From an uncultured virus (IMG/VR IMGVR_UViG_3300017761_002881) (lineage: Duplodnaviria; Heunggongvirae; Uroviricota; Caudoviricetes): 64,000 nucleotides of DNA. Shown here piece after piece: positions 17,928 to 27,700 of the stretch. Every line of letters begins with the position of its first letter. The stretch's first letter is position 1. Position numbers and translations under genes: made by a program. The stretch is from IMG/VR virus record IMGVR_UViG_3300017761_002881. One strand, written 5' to 3'. The notes under the pieces were generated by a model. The model was given only the letters and a program-made list of their open reading frames with translations. It was not told the DNA's origin and did not search any database.

Positions 17928-17928
17928 A

Positions 17929-18534
17929 TTAAAACTCCCTTATAATTTCTGAAATTAAACGATTAATATTATCATATTTTGTGTTAATTGATTTGTCAGT
18001 CGATTCATTTACTGGAGATAAAAATGCTCCATGTGTTGATGGATTACTAACAAAATCAAAAGCTATTAATTCGAAGTCAGGTTGTACTTCCATAGCACTA
18101 CCAGCTTCGCGCATTACCTCTTTTACCGAACCTAACCCCCGTGATGAAATACCTAACTTAATTCCGGATTGGAATAATGCTTTAAGTATATTACCAGCTG
18201 GTGTAGGAAGTACTTCTACAGTACCTACCAAATCTTTTCCGCGCCATGCCATTTCTAAAATGTTATGACTAACGTTATTTAAGTTAACAACTGAAGAATC
18301 TGGATGATCTAATTCTCCTAATGCTCGACGCTCTGTTATATAACTTTCGTTATACTTTTTAGCTTCACGCATTAATGTTTCCATCGGATAAACACGACCA
18401 TTATGATTTTTAGCTTCAGCTCGTTGAAGTACGCCCTGAACAATTAAACGACCACCATTATTAGCTAATGATTCATTTATCTGTTGAGGAGATACTTCGA
18501 ATACATTATAATCTATAAGAAGTTGTTTGTCCAT
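17929..18534 (-). CDS. Prohead protease (T4 gp21-like)
   Basis: NHNGRVYP, ALGELDHP, VSH, GISSRGLGS, FDFVSNPST. Confidence 0.95.
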   Translation of the reverse strand: MDKQLLIDYNVFEVSPQQINESLANNGGRLIVQGVLQRAEAKNHNGRVYPMETLMREAKKYNESYITERRALGELDHPDSSVVNLNNVSHNILEMAWRGKDLVGTVEVLPTPAGNILKALFQSGIKLGISSRGLGSVKEVMREAGSAMEVQPDFELIAFDFVSNPSTHGAFLSPVNESTDKSINTKYDNINRLISEIIREF

Positions 18535-18689
18535 TACATTCCCTTCATAAATAAACCAGAATTAATATAATCCTGTTCCATTTGCCAACGCTTACGCTCA
18601 TCCGCATATTTGCGTTTAGCTTCTTGCAGAGTTAGTTTGACATTCTCAGGTGCTTTGGCAAATTGCTGCCATGTTCTATTAGGTACCAT
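18534..18689 (-). CDS. Unannotated 51-aa protein
   Basis: Manual translation MVPNRTWQQFAKAPENVKLTLQEAKRKYADERKRWQMEQDYINSGLFMKGM; TAATG overlaps at both ends. Confidence 0.7.
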   Translation of the reverse strand: MVPNRTWQQFAKAPENVKLTLQEAKRKYADERKRWQMEQDYINSGLFMKGM

Positions 18690-19336
18690 TATTTTGAAAG
18701 TTCTTTTAATCTGTTAGAAATTCTAACAATACGTTCGTTAATTTTATTTATACGAGCGCTTGTCTGTTTCCAAAACTGTGATGAATCTACACCCGTTTCA
18801 TTTTTTAAACGTAAATTGTTATGAACAACTTTTTCAATTTCGGCTAACATACGGTTAACTTCCATTATACCTTTGTTAACTTTTTGTGATGGTGAAGCTG
18901 ATTCATCTTTTTTGTATTGACGATATGATACTGCCTCATCTAAACTAGGTTCAGATACGCCGTACATTTCTGACATCATTTTTTTATATGAAGATTTTGA
19001 TTCCATAGGGCGAAATACTTTATTAGTTTTTTTAACTCGCTTCATACCCATTGCTTCAATAGTATCATCATCAGCTTTACCAAAAGCTTTTGGCGTCATA
19101 TATCCAGCTACACCTCCGGTACTCGACATTTCATCTATTTCTTCTTCTTCATCCATCTTAGCAACTTTGCCTAAACGTTTATGAAGATACTTATCAGAAG
19201 AATCCGTATCGCCGTCATTATCTAAATCTTTATCGTCTAGATCTTTAAATTTAGACTTAGCTTCTTTGTCAGAAACGTTATCTACGCCTTCCATTAAACG
19301 TTTAAAGCTTTTTTCTATATCTTTAAATAAACCCAT
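18689..19336 (-). CDS. Probable prohead core / internal protein with DxDxDG loop
   Basis: DLDNDGDTDSSDKYLHKR; EMSSTGGVAGYMTPKAF; LME/IDE/LDE sites. Confidence 0.6.
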   Translation of the reverse strand: MGLFKDIEKSFKRLMEGVDNVSDKEAKSKFKDLDDKDLDNDGDTDSSDKYLHKRLGKVAKMDEEEEIDEMSSTGGVAGYMTPKAFGKADDDTIEAMGMKRVKKTNKVFRPMESKSSYKKMMSEMYGVSEPSLDEAVSYRQYKKDESASPSQKVNKGIMEVNRMLAEIEKVVHNNLRLKNETGVDSSQFWKQTSARINKINERIVRISNRLKELSK

Positions 19337-19662
19337 TAGATTCCTTGCTTTTTGAGTACGTATACAGTAGCGCCAGTTCCGCCAGTTAGTCGACTAACTG
19401 ATAAATCATATACTACCCCTGCAGCTAAATCTCCTAACGGTATCTGGCCACCAGCGGAAAGACTAGCTGTAGCTCCACCTGCTGTTCTTACAATAACACT
19501 ACCGTAGCCATAATTAGACCCTGTTAAATCTAATTGGCCGGTAGTATATGTAAGTGCTGAATAATATTTACCTGGATGACCTAAACGCTCGAATTGATCC
19601 GGTCCGTTATTACCGGATGGTGCATCGTAATTATATGGATAAGTTCCTACCTGTGATCCCAT
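19336..19662 (-). CDS. Small beta-rich structural protein (possible capsid decoration)
   Basis: G/T/Y-rich 108 aa in the head operon; function inferred from context only. Confidence 0.5.
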   Translation of the reverse strand: MGSQVGTYPYNYDAPSGNNGPDQFERLGHPGKYYSALTYTTGQLDLTGSNYGYGSVIVRTAGGATASLSAGGQIPLGDLAAGVVYDLSVSRLTGGTGATVYVLKKQGI

Positions 19663-20510
19663 TACTTACCTTTAACTTTATTTAATTCAGAAACTAATTC
19701 GTAATAACGAAGCATTGTCAATACATCTTTATCTTCAATAACATGTTTTTTAGACAAAGAAGATAACAAATTAGATACTTCATTTAATTTGATACGTAAT
19801 ACTTTACTAGGTATTGAAGTTTTCAATGTCTTTAATTGCTCACTAATAGACTTAGCTTCTTTAATTACATAATCCTTCAATGATGTAGAATTACTAACTG
19901 TATTAATATATTGACGTAACAAAGACTTTTGTTCAGTAGTCAATTGACTAGAATATTTTTCATTGAAACGATCTACAATTATTTTTGAAGCTAAGATACG
20001 TACATCCTTATTTTCTGATTCTAACATAGGCTTGGTAGCTTCTGTTTTGTTAGGTATGGTACGTACATGTTCCAATAGTGCAAATTTAGTTTCTACATAT
20101 TCCTTTGGGTCATCTGCTTCAGCAAATTCTAATAATTTATAAATACTAGCATGTATTCTATAATTGTTTACTCGAGCCTTAAAAAAATCTTCAATATCAT
20201 AAGCTGATCGTATCTCTTTAATAAGATTGAACTTTTCACGCTTAATAGATGTTTCGTTGATCGTTTTCTTAGACTTTATAACTGCAGTCAGGAATGCATG
20301 TGCTTTAGCATCCGAATTAAATTTTTCTTCGTGTACTGCGCGATATAGTTTAAGTTCTTTATTTAACTCGGTATTGTTATTAAAATTCTTCTTAATAATT
20401 TGTAAAGCTTTAGACCGAGTACCGTTCATTGTATCGGCAGCAACTTGACGTACGAGTAACTCGAAAATTAAACCTGTATTTTTTACTTTTGAATGTTTAA
20501 TTCGGCTCAT
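19662..20510 (-). CDS. Head-cluster protein downstream of portal
   Basis: IKHSKVKNTGLIFELLVRQ N-terminus; helical; late motif and SD upstream. Confidence 0.65.
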   Translation of the reverse strand: MSRIKHSKVKNTGLIFELLVRQVAADTMNGTRSKALQIIKKNFNNNTELNKELKLYRAVHEEKFNSDAKAHAFLTAVIKSKKTINETSIKREKFNLIKEIRSAYDIEDFFKARVNNYRIHASIYKLLEFAEADDPKEYVETKFALLEHVRTIPNKTEATKPMLESENKDVRILASKIIVDRFNEKYSSQLTTEQKSLLRQYINTVSNSTSLKDYVIKEAKSISEQLKTLKTSIPSKVLRIKLNEVSNLLSSLSKKHVIEDKDVLTMLRYYELVSELNKVKGK

Positions 20511-20579
20511 AGTGTTACGTTTCCTTTTATGTATACGCCTTTTTAATAAATATATATATCACTGTAAAATATCATAATC

Positions 20580-22475
20580 TTAATCATTTAGTGATAATAA
20601 TTGCGATTCGTCTAATAATGTTCCCGCATCCGGATCAACATGGCTTTTATCTAGTGATTCTTGTATTATACTAGAACTTTTAAAGTTATTAGACAATGAT
20701 TTAATTAATGCTTTTGATTCTGTTGATTCGATACTTAAGGCGGAACTTTTACGGAATGTATGTTGTAACGGATCTGTTTTAGGACTACCATTAAATGTAG
20801 CACTAAGATCCTTAGCTCCTAACGGATCACGTCCATGCGGACTAGAATGCTTACCCCATGTACTAACATCTTTAGGACGGCCAGGTCCTGCAACATGTTC
20901 TTGTTCCATGCCAGGTAATAATTCTCCTTTGGTAGCTACGTGCATTGAAGCTATGTCATGCGGTGTACCAAAACTCATATTTGTCTTTCTAGGATCATTA
21001 CCTTCGTCAACTATTTGTTTGCGTCGGAACTGAGTTTTAAGATCTTCTATAACATTATCTTGTTCAGACTTCCATTCATGTTGAGACATATCAAAAATGT
21101 TTTCATAAATCCATTGTTCCGAAAACATTTGAGACTCGCGCATTTTACCAGCTAATTCAATTTTAGTGGTTAATGATTCCAATTGCTGCTTTTCGTAAAT
21201 GAGCGAAGGATTATTTAAAGTCAATGAAAATCCGATTAGATCTTCATCACGGAATCCTTGAGCATATAAATGTATAATAGCAATCTTAGTTAATTCTGAA
21301 ACAAATATTTTTTGAATACGTTCGATTGTTCTAGCGAAACGTACATCTTCTGCTGCTAATGTAGCTTTACCTTCTACACCTTCATCATATCCTAAAAATG
21401 CTTTTGGTATTTTTAAAGCAGCATGAAGTTTATTACGTAAATATTCAATATCTTCGATTTGACCTTCGTTAGTCAATCCAGCCAATGTTTCAATTGCAGT
21501 ACCAGACTCTCCACCACGAACTGGTAGATAATAGTCTTCCATCATGTTTTGCAAATTGAACTTAAGGTTATAATCACCTGTTTGTTCATTCATATATGGA
21601 ACCTTTTTCATCTTGTTCATGATTTGGTTCATATAGTTATCAACTTCATGTGGTGGTATATTGCCTACATCTATTTTGAAAATACGACGTTCTGGAGCTC
21701 TCATTATACGTTGAATAAGCATTGCATCTTCCATTAATGATAATTGCTTAAACAATTTACGCCCTGACTCGATCATTGACTTACCGTACGGTAAAAAGTT
21801 TGTATCAGATAACAAACGGAAGTGTGCCATTTGAAAACTTTCAAATTCACTACGGTTTGGCTTACCGGCAAAATTAGCATACGTACCACTCGGCCCTTCA
21901 ATTATAAATCGATATGCATACGGATTTTCTGGATCATAACCATCTTCACGACGAACTTCGTATGCCGATAACGGTGTTACGTTAATGATACCTAATTCAT
22001 CTTCGATATCTAAATGTAAAAAGAAGTCACCATACTTACATGCGTTACGCACCCATGGCCATAGATTATAGTCTATATTAATGATATCGTAAAATAAATT
22101 ATGTAATACTTTACGTACTTCTTCGTTAGATGTAGCAATAGCTAAAGTATCACCCTCAGCATTTTTAACTGTAGATTCATCTGCGTAAATATCTAATGCC
22201 GATGCAATGATTGGATCCATATCCATGGCTTCATAATCGGTAAATAATTCTAATTTAGAAGAATGAAAATTGTATGTTTGGTTATATGTAGCATAACCAG
22301 ACTGACCTCTATGTAATCCAGTAAATCTATCGATATAACTGTTACTAGAAAGCGATCCGTTAGATTGTAACCTATTTGTATCAACCGCTTTTAAACGATT
22401 TTTAGCGATACGTCTTACAATTACATTAGTAGAAAATAGCCGTTTTAATCTGGCTTGTAATGAAGTGTCTGCCAT
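20580..22475 (-). CDS. Portal protein (T4 gp20-like)
   Basis: YEAMDMDPIIASALDIYADE, LMEDAMLIQRIMRAPERRIFKIDVGN, EDYYLPVRG, LKIPKAFL. Confidence 0.96.
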   Translation of the reverse strand: MADTSLQARLKRLFSTNVIVRRIAKNRLKAVDTNRLQSNGSLSSNSYIDRFTGLHRGQSGYATYNQTYNFHSSKLELFTDYEAMDMDPIIASALDIYADESTVKNAEGDTLAIATSNEEVRKVLHNLFYDIINIDYNLWPWVRNACKYGDFFLHLDIEDELGIINVTPLSAYEVRREDGYDPENPYAYRFIIEGPSGTYANFAGKPNRSEFESFQMAHFRLLSDTNFLPYGKSMIESGRKLFKQLSLMEDAMLIQRIMRAPERRIFKIDVGNIPPHEVDNYMNQIMNKMKKVPYMNEQTGDYNLKFNLQNMMEDYYLPVRGGESGTAIETLAGLTNEGQIEDIEYLRNKLHAALKIPKAFLGYDEGVEGKATLAAEDVRFARTIERIQKIFVSELTKIAIIHLYAQGFRDEDLIGFSLTLNNPSLIYEKQQLESLTTKIELAGKMRESQMFSEQWIYENIFDMSQHEWKSEQDNVIEDLKTQFRRKQIVDEGNDPRKTNMSFGTPHDIASMHVATKGELLPGMEQEHVAGPGRPKDVSTWGKHSSPHGRDPLGAKDLSATFNGSPKTDPLQHTFRKSSALSIESTESKALIKSLSNNFKSSSIIQESLDKSHVDPDAGTLLDESQLLSLND

Positions 22476-22490
22476 GTATATTATTTATTT

Positions 22491-22498
22491 ATAAATAT
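22491..22498 (-). promoter_or_regulatory. Putative late promoter motif ATATTTAT (portal)
   Basis: In the 22-bp terminase-portal gap. Confidence 0.6.
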
Positions 22499-24072
22499 TA
22501 GGTTAGCCAGGTTAAACTTTCATCACCGCCGGGAGTTTTCCATGTCCATGTCTGATGTTGTTGTGGTGCTATCGTATAAACTCCTGGATTTGTCTTTCCA
22601 AAATGATTTAATGCTTTACGAGATAAATCCATGCCTTGCTGTTTTAATCGCAGCGCCGTATCACGTACCCATAATGCTATAGCAAATGACATTACTAAGT
22701 CATCGTTATATCCGCGTTGAGCTTCTGCTCTAGACCCATTCCATATAAATACAAACAATTCATCTATTAAACGTTTACTACGTACTACTGGACTTTTTTC
22801 TCTAAGATATGTTTCTAATTTTGATATAGTTAGTGGACGTGTCTTACTAGTAGTAGAAAATCCTGGCACTTGATCTGACTTACTTTTTAAATCGTATCCT
22901 TTAGCTAAATGTACATTTTCATCAATATATGCATCTTGTCTATAGGAATAATATAAATTACTATAACCTCTATCAATAACAACTTGTATTACTGCCCATC
23001 CTACATTAGCATTCTCTATAACTAATAATGCATTATTGTATTCCGTTGCTACAGCCATTAACATGTTACCGTATTCAGTAGTACCTATTTTACCACGGTA
23101 TTCTGCTACTTGTGATAAATTATCAATATCAATTACATGGAATGCTGAATAGTCACTTCCGTCACCACGTGCAACGTCAGCTACTACTGCATAATTTTTT
23201 GAATAGTCTGGATATTCCCATATCCAATAATTAGAATCAAATCCTCTACGTTCAATAGGATCTTTTATATAAGTCTGTTCATACCATTGCAGTATAGGGC
23301 CATCTATAACTGTATGACCTGATGATATAAAGTCACAGTCGCATTCTTGGGCAGCTCCTTTTTCGCCTAACAATTCTGTCTGCTCGATACGCCAGGCTTC
23401 ATTACGTTCAGGATGTACTGTCCAGTGAAGTTTTATAGGTTTAAATTGTCCGCCAGCTGCCGCATCTACCCATGTTTGATGAAACCAATTACCAGTACCA
23501 TTCGGTGTCGATAAAGCAATACATCCGCCTCCAGTTGCTAATGTTTGCTGAGCAGATTTCCATATTTCTTCGATATTACGTATAAATGCTGCTTCATCGA
23601 TAATTAACAATGATAATGCTTCAGAACGGCCCGAGGTGCCTGTACTAGAAACGGCTTTAATTTGAGATCCGTTTTTAAAACGTAATGACAATTTATTATC
23701 TTCTATAGATTTACCTTTCAACCAAATCGGTAAATTTTCGTGCATCACTCGTACTTTTGTAACTAAGTTTTTAGCTACGTCTTGTGTAGTTGCTAATACT
23801 AAGATATTAAAGTCTTGTTTAAACAACATACACCATAATGCATATCCTGCAGATAGTGTCGATATACCTAATTGACGCGATTTCAAAATAACCGAATATC
23901 GATTATTTTGCATATCCCGTAACACCTGTTCTTGGAATGGATATAAATGAAAGTATATTTTTCCTTTAGTAGGATGTTGTATAATGCAATACTTTTTCAT
24001 AAAATGTACTGGGTCAGTAGCACATTTTTTATACTCGTCTGCTATAATTTCTTTTAATGACTTTTGTGACAT
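22498..24072 (-). CDS. terL: Terminase large subunit (T4 gp17-like)
   Basis: KSRQLGIST Walker A region, LLIIDEAAF Walker B, STPNG, DVARGDGSDYSAF nuclease, DDLVMS. Confidence 0.96.
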   Translation of the reverse strand: MSQKSLKEIIADEYKKCATDPVHFMKKYCIIQHPTKGKIYFHLYPFQEQVLRDMQNNRYSVILKSRQLGISTLSAGYALWCMLFKQDFNILVLATTQDVAKNLVTKVRVMHENLPIWLKGKSIEDNKLSLRFKNGSQIKAVSSTGTSGRSEALSLLIIDEAAFIRNIEEIWKSAQQTLATGGGCIALSTPNGTGNWFHQTWVDAAAGGQFKPIKLHWTVHPERNEAWRIEQTELLGEKGAAQECDCDFISSGHTVIDGPILQWYEQTYIKDPIERRGFDSNYWIWEYPDYSKNYAVVADVARGDGSDYSAFHVIDIDNLSQVAEYRGKIGTTEYGNMLMAVATEYNNALLVIENANVGWAVIQVVIDRGYSNLYYSYRQDAYIDENVHLAKGYDLKSKSDQVPGFSTTSKTRPLTISKLETYLREKSPVVRSKRLIDELFVFIWNGSRAEAQRGYNDDLVMSFAIALWVRDTALRLKQQGMDLSRKALNHFGKTNPGVYTIAPQQHQTWTWKTPGGDESLTWLT

Positions 24073-24081
24073 AAATAACCA

Positions 24082-24591
24082 TTATTTTTTTCTTTTCGAA
24101 ATATGTACAGTTTCTATAATTGCTGTAACTGCTAATGCCGGTATCCATGCACCTGATATAATAGCGAATGTAGCACCTGCTAATATTATACCTTCGCCTA
24201 TAGCAATTCTACGCCATAATACTTTACGATCCGTTTGTTTTGTAACTTCTTCTAAAGCTTTATTTTTAGCTGTTCGTTCTATTTGTACAGAATCACGTTG
24301 TTCTTTAGCTTCAGTTTCTAAATCTCCATACTGATCATATAAACTAAAAAAAGCTGTACGTGAAAGCATTAGAGCTTCCGTACAGTTATTAGCATACTGG
24401 AACATAGAATCTAAATTACTTTTGTACAGATCTTTGTACGCTAAGCTCTTTAATATTTCGTCCTCCTGTTTTTTGCTTAAGAATATCCCAGTATCCCCCT
24501 GGTACACTATCCGTTGAGGTAAAAAGCTTTGCCCATAAACTATCGCGTTGATGGTAAGTAAGATTAGGAATGTTAGAAATGTTTTTAGCAT
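24082..24591 (-). CDS. Spanin-like partner (signal peptide, coiled coil, C-terminal TM)
   Basis: Hydrophobic N-terminus without a lipobox Cys; C-terminal hydrophobic segment; overlaps the upstream ORF in the lysis cassette. Confidence 0.5.
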   Translation of the reverse strand: MLKTFLTFLILLTINAIVYGQSFLPQRIVYQGDTGIFLSKKQEDEILKSLAYKDLYKSNLDSMFQYANNCTEALMLSRTAFFSLYDQYGDLETEAKEQRDSVQIERTAKNKALEEVTKQTDRKVLWRRIAIGEGIILAGATFAIISGAWIPALAVTAIIETVHISKRKK

Positions 24592-24826
24592 CTTGTATGT
24601 TTTTATAAGTTATATTGTTAATAATTGTAGCTTGTTTGGAGTCATATGCTATCTGTAAACTATCATTAGAATGTACTAAACTGTCTACACGTGCCCTAAG
24701 ATCCTCGATAGTAGTATTTGTAACTACTGGCTGCTTTTCGTTTGCTTTTTTATATAGAAAATATAGTGCTACTAACAATAATAGCATAACTATATAGTAC
24801 CAATATTTTTTTAAAAACTTCAACAT
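24416..24826 (-). CDS. i-spanin-like membrane protein
   Basis: N-terminal TM (YYIVMLLLLVALYFLY) followed by a coiled coil; downstream of the holin. Confidence 0.55.
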   Translation of the reverse strand: MLKFLKKYWYYIVMLLLLVALYFLYKKANEKQPVVTNTTIEDLRARVDSLVHSNDSLQIAYDSKQATIINNITYKNIQDAKNISNIPNLTYHQRDSLWAKLFTSTDSVPGGYWDILKQKTGGRNIKELSVQRSVQK

Positions 24827-24827
24827 A

Positions 24828-25112
24828 TTATTGTGTTTGTTGGTTATTAGTTGATGGCGGAGTAGTTGTATTATCTACGGCAGGAGGATCTTTTTTAAAT
24901 ACATTTTCTAATGCAGTTATACCTAACAATCCACCGGCCAAGAAACATATTGCTTCAAACATAAAATCGGGCAATACCATATCACTTAACACTGCCATGT
25001 AACAAAATACAATTACATTAAGTAAAACAAATGTACCAGTTACACGTTTAGATGATACGCCGCTATCTCCGGATAGCATTTTATCTACCCAATATTTACG
25101 TTTTTGTGCCAT
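24828..25112 (-). CDS. Putative holin (two TM helices)
   Basis: SSKRV followed by two hydrophobic segments; adjacent to the endolysin. Confidence 0.65.
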   Translation of the reverse strand: MAQKRKYWVDKMLSGDSGVSSKRVTGTFVLLNVIVFCYMAVLSDMVLPDFMFEAICFLAGGLLGITALENVFKKDPPAVDNTTTPPSTNNQQTQ

Positions 25113-25657
25113 TAAAACTCCCGTAATAAAGTATAAGTAAATCTAGATAATCCTGAAGCTTCACATGCTTCGATAAGTCGTTTAAAGTCTGCCGGATTAT
25201 TCATTACCTGGCATCCAGCTGACCATTTATCAATAAATTTACTAGTCCATTTTGGGTTTGCACGATGTATGTTTATTCCAAAAATGCCTGTATCTGTTTT
25301 TGCAGTTTCTTCGGCAATTGCATCTTTATCAGTATCACGAAACACTGTAATTGGCTTACATTGCACTAATGCTTTATATTCGCCACGATGCAGTCCTAGT
25401 TTCCACGAATCAGTCCATTGGCCTGGCTTAAGTAGTGCAGTACCGTTCGGATTCATTAGAGTCTTTAACCAATGTGTCCCTGGATTAGTTGTACCTGTAC
25501 ACCATGATACATTGTTTCCGGATACTACTCCAATGAGATCGTCGAATTCATTTGGAATGTTAGCTTGTGATCTAATTCCCACAATATGAAAATTGGGAAA
25601 TTTATATCCTAGTTCAGTAAATTTAGTTTTTAGTTCTGTAACAGAATAATGTTTCAT
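25112..25657 (-). CDS. Putative endolysin with L,D-transpeptidase-like His/Cys motif
   Basis: GINIHRA...WSAGCQV motif; heads the holin-spanin cassette. Confidence 0.65.
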   Translation of the reverse strand: MKHYSVTELKTKFTELGYKFPNFHIVGIRSQANIPNEFDDLIGVVSGNNVSWCTGTTNPGTHWLKTLMNPNGTALLKPGQWTDSWKLGLHRGEYKALVQCKPITVFRDTDKDAIAEETAKTDTGIFGINIHRANPKWTSKFIDKWSAGCQVMNNPADFKRLIEACEASGLSRFTYTLLREF

Positions 25658-26388
25658 TAGGTTCCTTGAGTTGATATATTAGTTTCGTTAGTTTTTAAAT
25701 GATGTATAAGTTCTTTTATTAATTTGTATATTTCTGCAGACTTACCTAACATACCAGTGATTGCAAATACAATTAATACGCCAGATGTTATTGAAGGGAA
25801 AAAATATACAGCTAAAGTTAATAAAGCTATAGTAGCTACTAATGTACCAGCAATGCCGGCAACTTTTTGTTGAAATTCAGAACCGCCCAATTTTTTTGTT
25901 ATCCATTCGAAAGCTGCTTCCATAGCTTTAGCTGGAAATCCGGATACTTTTTTTATCTTACCGGCGATAGATTCGATCTTAGATTTTAATTTACCTTCAT
26001 CAATTTTTTTACCGGTTACTTTTTCAATACCGATAGCTAATTCATGTATAAATGCAGAATTACCAAGCACATCGCCTACAACATGTATTGCCCCTAAAAC
26101 TCCTCCACCCTCAGTTAAAGTATATCCACGTGATTCGCGAATTTCAGTTTTAATAGCTTCTACATCTTCTACATCAACTTGAGATACATCTCCGTTAGCA
26201 TCAACTAATGCATTTAACATGGCAGCTTGAACTTCTTCATCCGAAATATCCTCTCCATCTGATTTAAGTTCTGTTGATAAATCTTGCAGTTGGCTTTGTA
26301 TTGCTGATGCATCTCCATCTGCAGATTCTAATATTAAATTAGATAATTTAGATAAAATAATTGCATTTGCTATCGGAGTTAGTTTCAT
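25657..26388 (-). CDS. Membrane protein with acidic propeptide-like N-terminus
   Basis: LILE, IRE and LTE|GG sites; two C-terminal hydrophobic helices. Confidence 0.55.
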   Translation of the reverse strand: MKLTPIANAIILSKLSNLILESADGDASAIQSQLQDLSTELKSDGEDISDEEVQAAMLNALVDANGDVSQVDVEDVEAIKTEIRESRGYTLTEGGGVLGAIHVVGDVLGNSAFIHELAIGIEKVTGKKIDEGKLKSKIESIAGKIKKVSGFPAKAMEAAFEWITKKLGGSEFQQKVAGIAGTLVATIALLTLAVYFFPSITSGVLIVFAITGMLGKSAEIYKLIKELIHHLKTNETNISTQGT

Positions 26389-26389
26389 A

Positions 26390-26680
26390 TTACAGATTTC
26401 CTTTTAGTTTACTTTGAGCTTTAGCTAATTGTTGCTTAGCATCCTCTTTAATAAGTTTACGCACTTCGTTGATTTTAGCTTCTATATTTTTATCCAATTG
26501 TTGTATAGACTCTTGCAACTCCGTTTTCAACATTTCTTTATTTTTAATTAACATTTTAAGTTGAGCTTCAATTTTATCTTTTTTATCAGAAGGAGCTCCG
26601 GCATATTCTTTAGCCAATTGGCTTGTAACTGAAACTGCATCTTCAAGATCTTTAGATATTTTTAATATTGGCCTTGCCAT
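26390..26680 (-). CDS. Coiled-coil hypothetical protein
   Basis: 96-aa K/E-rich helix; AAAGGA SD. Confidence 0.6.
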   Translation of the reverse strand: MARPILKISKDLEDAVSVTSQLAKEYAGAPSDKKDKIEAQLKMLIKNKEMLKTELQESIQQLDKNIEAKINEVRKLIKEDAKQQLAKAQSKLKGNL

Positions 26681-26681
26681 G

Positions 26682-27287
26682 TCATCCTTTTAAATTATTA
26701 AGTATTGTTTCTCTTGTACGTTGATAATCCGAATCAAACTTTTCAAAGAAAGCTTTTTGATCCCAATTTTCCAATGTGCCGTCAGCATCTTGTACAAATT
26801 GTAGTTTTAATGCTTCACGTAAAGCATCAACTTCCCGATCCGCATCCTTGAGCCAAGCCTCTGCATTTGCTAACATACGTGTCCTAGAATACTCTTCCCA
26901 AGCGTCTGTACCTTTTGCACGTATCATTGTTTCTTCTTTTATAACACATGAGAAACATTTTTTATGAACAAAATACATTTTAAAATTTAAATGTTTTTCT
27001 TCATCACGCATTTGTTTATCGCAACATGGGCATTTATCTGGAACAGACATTATATCACGTATCTTTTGTAGAATACTATTATCTACTATACGTGTACGAT
27101 ATCCGTTCTTTTGCTCTACTTTCCAGGCCGTGCCTGTTTTAGGATCTATTTCAGTCCATATATCACCAACACCACGTTTAGTTTCATCTTTTGATTTAAC
27201 AAATCCTACTGTCTTACGTGTTTGGCTTTTATGTGCTCCTGTTAATAATTCTTTAACAGCTTTGATATTTTGTAACTTATTGCTCAT
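26682..27287 (-). CDS. Hypothetical protein with Cys/His metal-binding motifs (likely start MSNKLQ)
   Basis: GDIWTE...WKVEQKNG; CPCC...HKKCFSC; start moved to avoid overlap. Confidence 0.65.
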   Translation of the reverse strand: MSNKLQNIKAVKELLTGAHKSQTRKTVGFVKSKDETKRGVGDIWTEIDPKTGTAWKVEQKNGYRTRIVDNSILQKIRDIMSVPDKCPCCDKQMRDEEKHLNFKMYFVHKKCFSCVIKEETMIRAKGTDAWEEYSRTRMLANAEAWLKDADREVDALREALKLQFVQDADGTLENWDQKAFFEKFDSDYQRTRETILNNLKG

Positions 27288-27288
27288 A

Positions 27289-27657
27289 TTATTTACGTTT
27301 TTTCTTCGTAGACTTTTCTTCTTTAACAATGCCTTCTTCTTGTGTCGGTACTTCGCCAGCTGACATAGTTAACATACGTTGTACACGTGGCTTGATGGCA
27401 TTAAAATCTCTAGCAGAGATTCCGAATTGTCCAATCAATGCTACTAACAAATCGATTTTTTGCTGACGTGGTAAACGAGATAATTTTTCTGTATCAATCA
27501 TATCTAAAGCTCGATCTAACACAGCTTTACCGGTACCTAAACGTGCACGAACATTGCCGCCCACTTTTTGTAAGAATGACGGGTCATTAGTCCCTAACTC
27601 GAGTATCGAACGACGTATTTCTTCACGTACCAATTCGCGCAATTCATTAGATTTCAT
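27289..27657 (-). CDS. Probable internal head protein
   Basis: MKSNELRELVREEIRRSILE leader; double late motif and SD upstream. Confidence 0.6.
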   Translation of the reverse strand: MKSNELRELVREEIRRSILELGTNDPSFLQKVGGNVRARLGTGKAVLDRALDMIDTEKLSRLPRQQKIDLLVALIGQFGISARDFNAIKPRVQRMLTMSAGEVPTQEEGIVKEEKSTKKKRK

Positions 27658-27674
27658 TAAAGTTTCCTTTTTTA

Positions 27675-27693
27675 ATAAATATCTAATAAATAT
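27675..27693 (-). promoter_or_regulatory. Tandem pair of late promoter motifs
   Basis: Copies at 27675-27682 and 27686-27693. Confidence 0.6.
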
Positions 27694-27700
27694 ACTTATC

